A model generated the notes under the pieces. That model saw only the letters and a list, made by a program, of their open reading frames with translations, searched no databases and had not been told where the DNA came from. From Rebecca billardiae RCC1528 (Eukaryota > Protista > Haptophyta), in assembly GCA_965240325.2 (NCBI GenBank), contig OZ251222.1, forward strand, positions 4,898,001-4,962,000: DNA of 64,000 nt, given 5' to 3'. A program made the translations under genes and the position numbers. Shown here piece by piece: positions 22,001 through 34,000 of the stretch (its first letter is position 1; each line of letters starts with the position of its first letter).

Positions 22001-25000
22001 CGGGCCCGCCGCCGTCACCGCCGCCCTCGCCTCCACCGAGCCCACCGCCGCCTGTCCCACCGCCCTCGCCGCCGCCCTCGCCGCCTCCCAGCCCACCGCC
22101 TTCGCCACCGCCCGCACCCCCGCCGCCGCCGAGGGCGCAGCCCTTCCCGCCGCCGAGCCCACCTGCGCCGCCGCCCAGCCCTCCGCCGAGCCAGCCACCT
22201 CTGCCGCCACCGAGCCCGCCACCGGCGTCACCTCCGCGTCCACCGCCCTCGCCACCACCGAGTCCACCGCCGCCAGCGCCGCCGCCATCACCTCCGCCGC
22301 AGCCGCCGCCGAGCCCGCCACCGACACAGCCGCCGTCTCCACCGCCCTCGCCGCCGCCTTCACCACCGCCGAGCCCGCCTCCTTCGCCACCGCCGTCTCC
22401 ACCACCATCGCCACCGCCGGCGGCCTCGCCGCTGCCGCCTCCATCACCGCCGCCAAGGCCGCCGCCGAGCCCACCGCCAGCACTGCCGCCCTCGCCGCCG
22501 CCATCGCCGCCGCCCAGCCCACCGCCGAGCCCGCCTCCGTCGCCACCGCCGTCGCCGCCACCGGCAGCCTCGCCGCTGCCACCGCCATCCCCGCCGCCGT
22601 CGCCTCCGCCGAGCCCACCGCCATCTCTGCCACCCTTGCCGCAGCCTTCGCCGCCCCCGTCGCCACCGCCCAGCCCGCCGCCGAGCCCGCCTCCTTCGCC
22701 ACCGCCGTCGCCACCACCGGCCTCGCCGCTGCCGCCGCCCTCTCCGCCGCCTTTGCCGCCGCCGAGCCCGCCGCCCTCACCACCGCCCTCGCAGCCGCCC
22801 TCGCCGCCGCCCTCACCACCACCCTCGCTGCCACCTCACCCGCCGCCCAGCCCACCACCCAGCCCGCCACCGTCGCCACCGCCATGGCCACCACCGGCGG
22901 CCTCGCCACTACCGCCGCCCTCTCCGCCGCCTGTGCCGCCGCCGAGCCCGCCGCCCTCGCCGCCGCCCTCGCCGCCGCCCTCGCCACCGCCCTTGTCGCC
23001 GCCTTTCCCGCCGCCGAGCCCGCCCCCGTCGCCACCGCCCTCGCCACCGCCGAGTCCACCGCCGCCGGTGCCGCCGCCGTCACCACCGCCCGTGCCGCCG
23101 CCCTCACCACCACCCTCGCCGCCACCCAGCCCACCGCCCAGCCCACCACCCAGCCCGCCACCGTCGCCACCACCATCGCCACCACCGGCGGCCTCGCCGC
23201 TGCCGCCGCCCTCTCCGCCGCCTGTGCCGCCGCCGAGCCCGCCGCCCTCGCCGCCGCCCTTGCCGCCGCCCTCGCCACCGCCCTTGTCGCCGCCTTTCCC
23301 GCCGCCGAGCCCGCCCCCGTCGCCACCGCCCTCGCCACCGCCGAGTCCACCGCCGCCGGTGCCGCCGCCGTCACCTCCGCCGCAGCCGCCGCCAAGCCCG
23401 CCACCAACTCAGCCGCCGTCCCCACCGCCGTCGCCGCCGCCTTCACCGCCCCCGAGCACGCCACCGTCGCCGCCGCCGTCACCGCCTCCGTCGCCACCAC
23501 CAGCTGCCTCGCCCCTGCCGCCACCGTCCCCGCCGCCGTTGCCACCACCTAGCCCGCCACCATCACCACCGCCCCTGCCGCCGCCCTCACCACCGCCCTC
23601 GCCGCCGCCCTCGCCGCCGCCCAGTCCACCGCCGAGCCCGCCTCCGTCGCCACCGCCGTCGCCACCACCGGCGGCCTCGCCACTGCCGCCGCCCTCTCCA
23701 CCGCCTTTGCCGCCGCCGAGCCCGCCGCCCTCTCCGCCGCCCTTGCCGCCGCCCTCGTCGCCACCCTCGCCGCCGCCCTTGCCACCGCCCTCGCCACCGC
23801 CCTTGTCGCCGCCTATCCCACCGCCGAGCCCGCCCCCGTCGCCACCGCCCTCGCCACCGCCGAGTCGACCGCCCCCGGTGCCGCCGCCGTCACCACCGCC
23901 CGTGCCGCCGCCCTCACCACCACCCTCGCCGCCACCTAGCCCGCCGCCCAGCCCACCACCCAGCCCGCCACCGTCGCCACCGCCATCGCCACCACCGGCG
24001 GCCTCGCCGCTGCCGCCGCCCTCTCCGCCGCCTTTGCCGCCGCCGAGCCCGCCGCCCTCTCCGCCGCCCTTGCCGCCGCCCTCGTCGCCACCCTCGCCGC
24101 CGCCCTTGCCACCGCCCTCGCCACCGCCCTTGTCGCCGCCTATCCCACCGCCGAGCCCGCCCCCGTCGCCACCGCCCTCGCCACCGCCGAGTCGACCGCC
24201 CCCGGTGCCGCCGCCGTCACCACCGCCCGTGCCGCCGCCCTCACCACCACCCTCGCCGCCACCTAGCCCGCCGCCCAGCCCACCACCCAGCCCGCCACCG
24301 TCGCCACCGCCATCGCCACCACCGGCGGCCTCGCCGCTGCCGCCGCCCTCTCCGCCGCCTTTGCCGCCGCCGAGCCCGCCGCCCTCTCCGCCGCCCTTGC
24401 CGCCGCCCTCGTCGCCACCCTCGCCGCCGCCCTTGCCACCGCCCTCGCCACCGCCCTTGTCGCCGCCTATCCCACCGCCGAGCCCGCCCCCGTCGCCACC
24501 GCCCTCGCCACCGCCGAGTCGACCGCCCCCGGTGCCGCCGCCGTCACCACCGCCCGTGCCGCCGCCCTCACCACCACCCTCGCCGCCACCTAGCCCGCCG
24601 CCCAGCCCACCACCCAGCCCGCCACCGTCGCCACTGCCATCGCCACCACCGGCGGCCTCGCCGCTGCCGCCGCCCTCTCCGCCGCCCTCGTCTCCGCCGA
24701 GCCCGCCGCCCTCTCCACCGCCCTCGCCGCCGCCCTCGCCGCCGCCCTCGCCGCCGCCCTCGCCGCCGCCCTCGCCGCCGCCCAGCCCAGTGCCTTGGCC
24801 ACCGCCCTCGCCGCCGCCCTCGCCACCACCCTCGCCGCCGCCCTCGCCGCCGCCCTCGCCGCCGCCCAGCCCCCTGCCCTCGCCACCACCATCGCCACCA
24901 CCTTCGCTGCCGCCCTCGCCGCCGCCCTTGCCACCGCCCTCGCCGCCACCCAGCCCACCGCCGAGCCCGCCGCCGTCGCCACCGCCCTCGCCACCGCCGG

Positions 25001-28000
25001 CCTCGCCGCTGCCGCCGCCATCACCGCAGCCTTCGTCTCCGCCGAGCCCGCCGCCCTCTCCACCGCCCTCGCCGCCGCCCTCGCCGCCGCCCTCGCCGCC
25101 GCCCTCGCTGCCACCTCACCCGCCGCCCAGCCCACCGCCGAGCCCGCCTCCCTCGCCGCCACCGTCGCCACCCCCCGCACCACTGCCGCTGCCACCGCCG
25201 TCCCCGCCGCCCTTGCGGCCGCCGAGCCCGCCGCCGTCACCGCCACCCTCGCCTCCACCGTCGCCTCTTCCCAGCCCGCCACCGAGCCCTCCCCCAACAC
25301 CGCCGCCGTCCCCTCCGCCCTCGCCACCGCCGTCTCCTCCGCCGAGCCCTCCGCCTTTGCCGCCGCCGCCCCTGCCACCGCCCTCCCCTCCTCCCAGCCC
25401 CCCGCCAAGCACGCCACCGTCGCCCCCTCCATCGCCGCCGCCGCAGCCACCGCCATCTCCACCGCCCTCCCCACCGCCATCCTTGCCTCCTGCACCGCCG
25501 CCGCCACGCCCGCCGCCGTCGCCTCCTCCGTCCTTGCCACCATCCCCACCGCCGTCCCCACCACCTTCAGCACCACCCGCGCCACCGCCAAGCCCACCGC
25601 CCTCACCGCCACCTGCTCCACAGCCGCCGTCTCCGCCCCCGTCGCCGCCGCCGAGCCCACCACCTTCGCCGCCACCCAGCCCGCCGCCACCGCTCCCGCC
25701 GCCGTCGCCGCCGAGCCCGCCGCCGCCGCGCACGCTGCCCTTCCCGCCGCCGTCGCCGCCGTCGCCGCCGCTTCCGCCGTTCGTGTTCGGCGCGGACGCG
25801 CTGGTCTCGGACGCTCAGATCACGCTGTACACGACGAGCAGCAGCCCGGGCGCGGCTGTGCACGGCACGGTGAGCAGCGCCGGCAACCGGCACAACTTGA
25901 CGGTGGGCTTCTTGGCGGGCGCGTCTGTGGGCGCGTCCGGCACGGTGCGCGCCGCGTCGCACGGCATCGATCTCGGCCTGGCGAGCAGCTACAGCGTGAC
26001 AGCCGAGCAGGCGGCGAGCGTGGACTGCGCTACACGCACGCCCATCGCGTACGCGGACCGCACGGGCGTGCGCGTCACGTACCAGCTGCGCGATGCGACG
26101 CACCGCTCATCCGTGCTCACCACGGGCCTGAGCGTGAGCCTGACTCTGTCGCTCGTCGGCGGCTCCGACCAGAGCTTCTCGTGCGGCTCGCCGAGCGCGA
26201 CGACGGGCGTGGGCGAGTGCTCGGCCACAGTGAGCTCGGGCTGGTTCAGCACGGGCGCAGCGGGCAGCGTCGACGTGCTCGTCGACTTCAACTACGGCGG
26301 CGGCACCGTCGACTCGTGCTCTCGCGCGGGCGCGATCACGCTCGCCGAGAGCCCGACCACGTACACACTCCCATCGGTCGGCCTGCTGGGCCAGATGGCG
26401 CAGTCGCCCGTGTTCGCGGGCGACAGCTTTGAGCTGGTGATGTACGCGCACACGGGCGGCGTCGCGCTCATCACCTGGCAGATCAACATTGCGTACGACT
26501 CGAGCGTGCTCAGCGTTGCCAGCACGTCGGTCGCGAGCACGTACAACTCGCCGGAGGTGAGCGACAACGCGGCCGGCCTCGTGTCGATCATCGCGACGGG
26601 GCTCACCGGTGGCACGACGAACGCGCAGGTGACCGGCACGGCCGTGGAGCTGATCACGCTGACCATGAGCGTGGCCGGAGGTGCCTCCGCGGGCAGCTAC
26701 GCCGGCGCCATCTCGGTCGAGGTCGAGCAGTATGTGAACGACGCGACGCAGGTGTACGTGAGCGAGCAGGCGGGCGTGGTCGCCGACACGGACGACGGCG
26801 CGTCAGCAAGTGGCACGCTTGTGGTGGAGACGGTGGCGGTGCAGGGCTGGTTCGCATTCGTCGCTTCGGGCGAGCTGGTCAACACAGCGCCGCTCTCCGG
26901 CACCGACGTGACCACCGCGCTCAGCGTGCTCGAGCTGTACAGCCGCGCCGCCACTGCGTCTGCCACTCAGTCGAGCGGCTACTCGTGCCTCGCGCTCGAC
27001 TCGAGCGTGCTCGGCATCAGCTCAGGGTCGCCGTGCACGGTGGTGGCGAGCAGCTCGAGCACGTCGGGCGCCGCGACTGCCCTCGTGAACGTGACGCGCG
27101 TCTCGAGCGGCGCGGTGGTCGCGAGCGTGCCGCTGCGCGTGTGGCACCCGCTGTCTGCAGAGATCCGCTTTGGGCATGGCACGCTCTTCGCCATCAAGGG
27201 CGCGTCGCAGCCAGGCCAGTGCGGCACGCAGGCGTTCCAGTCGACGACGGCCAGCCTCGTCGCCTCGTTTGGCGGCACGGATCTGAGCACCGTGAGCGAC
27301 GTGGACGTGACGCGCGAGGCAACGCTCGCCTCGGGCGACGCCGGCGTCGCGAGCATCTCCACGTCCGGCACGACCGGCGTGGTGACGGTGGCGGGCGTGG
27401 GCGTCGGCTCGGCTGCGATCAGCGCATCCGGCTCGAGCCCGTCCATCTCGTCGACGATTGTGGTGTCGACGGCCGTGGAGCGCCTCATCGCATCGCTCCG
27501 GCCAGTGGCATTCAACTCGATTGCGTTCGTCGACTCGCCGCCGTCGGCGCTGAGTGTGGGCGCGACGAGCGGCTTCGACGCGTCGGCTGCTCTCGGGCAG
27601 ACGCTCACGGCAGAAGGGCAGACGGTGAGCGTGTACACGTACGCGCACCTCGGCGACGGCTCGTACGAGCTCGTGCCGTCGGCTGAGGTCACGCTGACGA
27701 GCCGCACGTCGAGTCTCACCGTCGCTGCGCCCGGCGACGCATCGTCGCCGTGGACGGCGACAGTGGCTACGTTTGCCACGTCGCAGGAGGGCCTGCTCCT
27801 CGACGCGAGCTGGATCGATTCGTGCAGCGCCGTGCTCGCGACGGGCCGCGCGCGCGTGGGTCTGGAGTTGCCCAACGCGGTGAGCGTGGCCGTCAGCACA
27901 TCGGCCGCCAAGGTGACGTTGCCGGGCGACCCTGCCGCCGAGCCGCCGACGTCGCTGCCCACGTCGCTCACCGTCACGATCACGGTCACGTTTGAAGACG

Positions 28001-31000
28001 AGTCGCAGGTGGACTTCACCACAGACCCGCGCACGAACATCACGCTCTCGGTGCCGTCGTCGTGCGCCACGTTCAACGGCGTGAACCAGGTGACGATGGC
28101 GAGCGGCGCAACGTGCACTGCGCTCAATGTGACCGTCTTTGTCGACTCGTACCTCCTGAGCGGCTTCGTCGAGGTGCCTGTCGTGACGGCTGCGGGCGCG
28201 TCATTCGAGATCACGCTCGAGGACGACACGCTCGGGCTGATCGGCGCGTCCACCACGTTCCAGCGCACGGCCACGACGCCCTCGGCCACGCTGAGCGACG
28301 GCACGGCTGTCTCGCCCGCGCTGCTGGCTGCAGAGATGGTGCTGGCTTCGAACGACACGCTCGTCGCAACCACGTCCGGCAGCACTGTCATCGGCGTGGG
28401 CGCGGGCGTTGCGCTCATCAACGCGACGTGGGGCACGCTCACAGCGTCAGCCACCGTCTACGTCGACGCGACCGCGGTGAAGGTGACGGCGCTGACGCTG
28501 GGCCTGGGCGGCTTGACGGCAGGCGCGTCGCTGCTGGCCATCAACGGCACGTCGAGCACGCTGAGCGCGCTCGTCACGCTCGAGGACGGCGTGCAGTACA
28601 CCAACCTGATGTCGCTGGGGTACGTGAGCGTGTCAGAGGTGCTCAGCTTTGAGAGCGACGACGCGGCCGTGCTCGGCGTCGACCCGAACGGCGTGGTGAC
28701 GATCGGTGGCAACAGCCGCGACGCGTCGAACACGATCACAGCTACGTCGCGCGACGCCGGTTCGGTGGCTGACGCCCTTGAAGTGGTGGCGAACCTGCAG
28801 CCTGGCACGCACGACGTGGACCTCGGCTCAGCGAGCGGACTGCAGCTCCAGCAGTCGGGCAACTCGCTGACGGTGCCCGTGCGCGTAAACACGGGTGGCG
28901 GCTCGGAGTACCTGGTCAACTTCCAGATCGAGCTGGCCATCGACAGCGCTGTCCTGGTCGCGACGTCGTGCAGCACGCTCTCGTGGGCCGAGTGCACGAT
29001 CAACGATCCGCTGAACGAGGTCAGGTTTGTGGGCAACACGGCATCGCAGATCACCAGCGGCACTGCCGCCTCGATCGGCTCCGTCACGTTCGACGTGCTG
29101 TCCTCGGCGAGCACGTCGCTGACGGGAAGCATCGTGGAGCTCGTGACCGTGCAGGGCGCGACAGAGACTCGCGTGCAGAACGCCGACATCTTTGCGGGCG
29201 CCGGCGGCCTCACGACGACCGTCAGCCGCCGGCGCGCGCTCGCGCTGGCCGCTGAGTACGTGCCGCCCCTGTTTGTGCCGACCGAGTCGAGCCAGGCGGC
29301 GCGCGCGCGGCGGCTGGCGGAGTGCTCGGGATGCTCCGCTGCCATCGTCGGCGACGTGAATGGCGACTGTGCCCTGACCTCATTCGACGTGCGCGTGCTA
29401 TCGCAGTTCGTCATCGGCGTGTCCGGGCTGACGACGTGCGTGTCCGCGCTCGACCCGACGCTGGACAACAGCACGGGTGCGCAGGACGTGCAGTACCTGC
29501 TGCGCGCGGTCGCGGGCAAGTACCGCTTCCTGACGAGCTACAGCATCACGTCGGGCGCCATCGGCGTCGGCACGAGTGACCCGCTCGTGGTGTCCGTCGT
29601 CGTGACGAAGGACGACAACACAGTCGCCGACGACAGCCAGACGAGCGTCTTCTTCGAGATCGGCGCGGCCGCTGCGTCGTACACGCCAGTGTACGTGAAC
29701 GGCACCGACAACGGCACGTCGGCCGAGGGCTACTGGGTGGGGCGTGGCGAGTATGCCAACGGCGTGTTCACACTGGGCGTGTACCCGAGCGGCGGGTGGC
29801 CACAGGCGCTCAGCGGGTCGTTGGGCGTTGCTGTGATGATCGAGACGACGGACGCGCTGGGCAACGGCGCGGATGACCGCAAGTTCCCGTTCCTCGGCTC
29901 GTCCGCGCAGTTCTACGCCGACTTCTTGTACCTGTTCGATCCGCTGCTCTCGACGGCGGTGATCGGGCCGCCACTGCCACCGCCACCGCTGCCGCCGCCG
30001 TCACCGCCGCCTCCGGCGCCACCGCCGAGCCCGCCGCCTCCGGCGCCACCGCCCATCCCGCCACCTCAGCCACCACCGTCGCCGCCGCCTTCACCGCCGC
30101 CATCACCGCCGCCATCACCGCCGCCGCTGCCTCCGGTGCCGCCCCCTTCCCCGCCGCCACTGCCCCCGCCATCTCCTCCGCCATCCCCGCCGCCGTCGCC
30201 TCCCCCTGCCCCAGCTCCTCCGCCCAGCCCACCGCCCACACCGCCACCGTCCCCGCCGCCGCAGCCGACGCCACCTCCGTCCCCGCCGCCTGCCCCGCCG
30301 CCCAGCCCGCCGCCGTCGCATCCGCCATCGCCGCCGCCGTCGTCGCCGCCGTCTCCACCACCATCGCCGCCGCCGCGCCAGCCGCCCAGCCCACCGCCGA
30401 GCCCACCGCCGTCGCCACCACCGGCGCCCTCGCCGCTGCCACCACCATCTCCACCGCCCTCTCCACCGCCGAGTCCGCCGCCATCCCCACCGCCCTCACC
30501 GCCCCCCTTGCAGCCGCCCTCACCACCGCCTTCGCCGCCGCCGAGCCCCCCTCCGTCGCCACCGCCGTCGCCCCCACCGGTGCCGCGGCCGCCACCAAGC
30601 CCGCCGCCATCACCACCGCCCTCAAAGCCACCCTCGCCGCCGCCATCGCCGCCGCCAAGCCCTTCTCCGTCGCCGCCGCCATCCCCACCACCACGGCCGC
30701 CGCCGAGTCCGCCGCCAGCACCACCGCCCTCGCCTCCGCCCTCGCTGCCGCCCTTGCCACCGCCCTCGCCGCCGCCAAGCCCACCTCCGTCACCGCCGCC
30801 ATCGCCACCACCTGCGGCATCGCCGCTGCCTCCGCCTTCCCCACCGCCGCGGCCGCCGCCGAGTCCGCCGCCATCACCACCGCCCTCGCCGCCGCCATCG
30901 CCGCCGCCCTCGCCGCCACCCTCGCCATCGCCCAGCCCGCCCCCGAGCCCGCCTCCGACGCCACCGCCATCGCCGCCACCGGCGGCCTCGCCGCAGCCAC

Positions 31001-34000
31001 CACCATCCCCGCCTCCGCGGCCGCCGCCGAGCCCACCGCCATCACTGCCGCCCTCGCCGCCACCCGCGCCGCCGCCCGCGCCGCCGCCCAGACCACCGCC
31101 GAGCCCGCCCCCGTCGCCTTCGCCGTCGCCGCCACCGGCTGCCTCGCCGCTGCCACCGCCGTCCCCGCCACCGTCGCCGCCGCCAAGCCCGCCGCCATCA
31201 CCGCCGCCCTCGCCACCGCCATCACCGCCGCCTTCGCCACCGCCCAGCCCGCCTCCATCGCCACCGCCGTCGCCACCGCCGTCGCCGCCACCGGCGGCCT
31301 CGCCGCTGCCACCGCCGTCCCCGCCGCCGTCGCCTCCACCCAGCGCACCGCCATCACCGCCTCCCTTGCCGCCGCCCTCGCCGCCACCGTCGCCACCGCC
31401 GAGCCCGCCTCCTTCGCCACCGCCGTCGCCACCACCATCGCCGCCGCCGGCGGCATCGCCCCTGCCGCCGCCATCACCGCCTCCGCGGCCACCGCCGAGC
31501 CCACCGCCATCACTGCCGCCCTCGCCGCCACCCTCGCCGCCGCCTTCACCGCCGCCGAGCCCGCCTCCTTCACCACCGCCGTCGCCACCACCATCGCCAC
31601 CGCCGGCGGCATCGCCACTGCCGCCACCATCACCGCCCCCGCGGCCACCGCCAAGCCCACCGCCATCACTGCCGCCCTCGCCGCCACCCTCGCCGCCGCC
31701 CGTGCCGCCGCGCAGCCCACCGCCGAGCCCGCCTCCATCGCCACCGCCGTCGCCGCCACCGGCGGCCTCGCCGCAGCCACCGCCGTCCCCGCCGCCGTCG
31801 CCTCCGCCCAGCCCACCGCCATCACCACCGCCCTTGCCGCCGCCTTCGCCGCCACCGTCGCCACCGCCCAGCCAACCCCCAAGCCCGCCACCGTCGCCAC
31901 CGCCGTCGCCGCCACCGGCGGCCTCGCCGCTGCCACCGCCGTCCCCGCCGCCGTCGCCTCCACCCAGCGCACCGCCATCACCGCCTCCCTTGCCGCCGCC
32001 CTCGCCGCCACCGTCGCCACCGCCGAGCCCGCCTCCTTCGCCACCGCCGTCGCCACCACCATCGCCGCCGCCGGCGGCATCGCCCCTGCCGCCGCCATCA
32101 CCGCCTCCGCGGCCACCGCCGAGCCCACCGCCATCACTGCCGCCCTCGCCGCCACCCTCGCCGCCGCCTTCACCGCCGCCGAGCCCGCCTCCTTCACCAC
32201 CGCCGTCGCCACCACCATCGCCACCGCCGGCGGCATCGCCACTGCCGCCACCATCACCGCCCCCGCGGCCACCGCCAAGCCCACCGCCATCACTGCCGCC
32301 CTCGCCGCCACCCTCGCCGCCGCCCGTGCCGCCGCGCAGCCCACCGCCGAGCCCGCCTCCATCGCCACCGCCGTCGCCGCCACCGGCGGCCTCGCCGCAG
32401 CCACCGCCGTCCCCGCCGCCGTCGCCTCCGCCCAGCCCACCGCCATCACCACCGCCCTTGCCGCCGCCTTCGCCGCCACCGTCGCCACCGCCCAGCCAAC
32501 CCCCAAGCCCGCCACCGTCGCCACCGCCGTCGCCGCCACCGGCGGCCTCGCCGCTGCCACCGCCGTCACCGCCGCCGTCGCCGCCGCCGAGCCCACCGCC
32601 ATCACCACCGCCCTTGTCGCCGCCTTCGCCGCCACCGTCGCCACCGCCCAGCCAACCCCCAAGCCCGCCTCCGTTGCCACCGCCGTCGCCGCCACCGGCG
32701 GCCTCGCCGCTGCCACCGCCGTCACCGCCGCCGTCGTCGCCGCCGAGCCCACCACCGTCTCCGCCGCCCTCGCCTCCACCGAGCCCACCGCCGCCAGTCC
32801 CACCACCCTCGCCGCCCCCCCGCCCTCCGCCCAGCCCGCCGCCGTCGCCACCGCCGGCACCGCCACCGCCACCGAGGGCGCAGCCCTTCCCACCGCCGAG
32901 CCCACCTGCGCCGCCGCCCAGCCCTCCGCCGATCCAGCCGCCTCTGCCGCCGCCAAGCCCGCCACCGGCGTCACCGCCATCACCACCGCCCTCGCCACCG
33001 CCGAGTCCACCACGGCCAGCGCAACCGCCGTCACCTCCGCCGCAGCCGCCGCCAAGCCCGCCACCGACGCAGCCGCCGTCCCCACCGCCGTCGCCGCCGC
33101 CTTCACCGCCGCCGAGCCCGCCTCCTTCGCCACCGCCGTCACCACCACCATCGCCGCCGCCGGCGGCATCGCCACTGCCGCCGCCATCACCGCCTCCGCG
33201 GCCACCGCCAAGCCCACCGCCATCACTGCCGCCCTCGCCGCCACCCTCGCCGCCGCCTTCACCGCCGCCGAGCCCGCCTCCTTCGCCACCGCCGTCGCCA
33301 CCGCCATCGCCACCGCCGGCGGCATCGCCACTGCCGCCACCATCACCGCCCCCGCGGCCGCCGCCAAGCCCACCGCCATCACTGCCGCCCTCGCCGCCAC
33401 CCTCGCCGCCGCCCGTGCCGCCGCCCAGCCCACCGCCGAGCCCGCCTCCGTCGCCACCGCCGTCGCCGCCACCGGCTGCCTCGCCGCTGCCACCGCCGTC
33501 CCCGCCAGCCTCGCCGCCACCAAGCCCGCCGCCATCACCGCCGCCCTCGCCACCGCCATCACCGCCGCCTTCGCCACCGCCCAGCCCACCTCCATCGCCA
33601 CCGCCGTCGCCACCGCCGTCGCCGCCACCGGCGGCCTCGCCGCTGCCACCGCCGTCCCCGCCGCCGTCGCCTCCGCCCAGCCCACCGCCATCACCACCGC
33701 CCTTGCCGCCGCCTTCGCCGCCACCGTCGCCACCGCCCAGCCAACCCCCGAGCCCGCCACCGTCGCCACCGCCGTCGCCGCCACCGGCGGCCTCGCCGCA
33801 GCCACCGCCGTCACCGCCGCCGTCGCCGCCGCCGAGCCCACCGCCGTCTCCGCCGCCCTCGCCTCCACCGAGCCCACCGCCGCCAGTCCCACCACCCTCG
33901 CCGCCCCCCCGCCCTCCGCCCAGCCCGCCGCCGTCGCCACCGCCGGCACCGCCACCGCCACCGAGGGCGCAGCCCTTCCCACCACCGAGCCCACCTGCGC

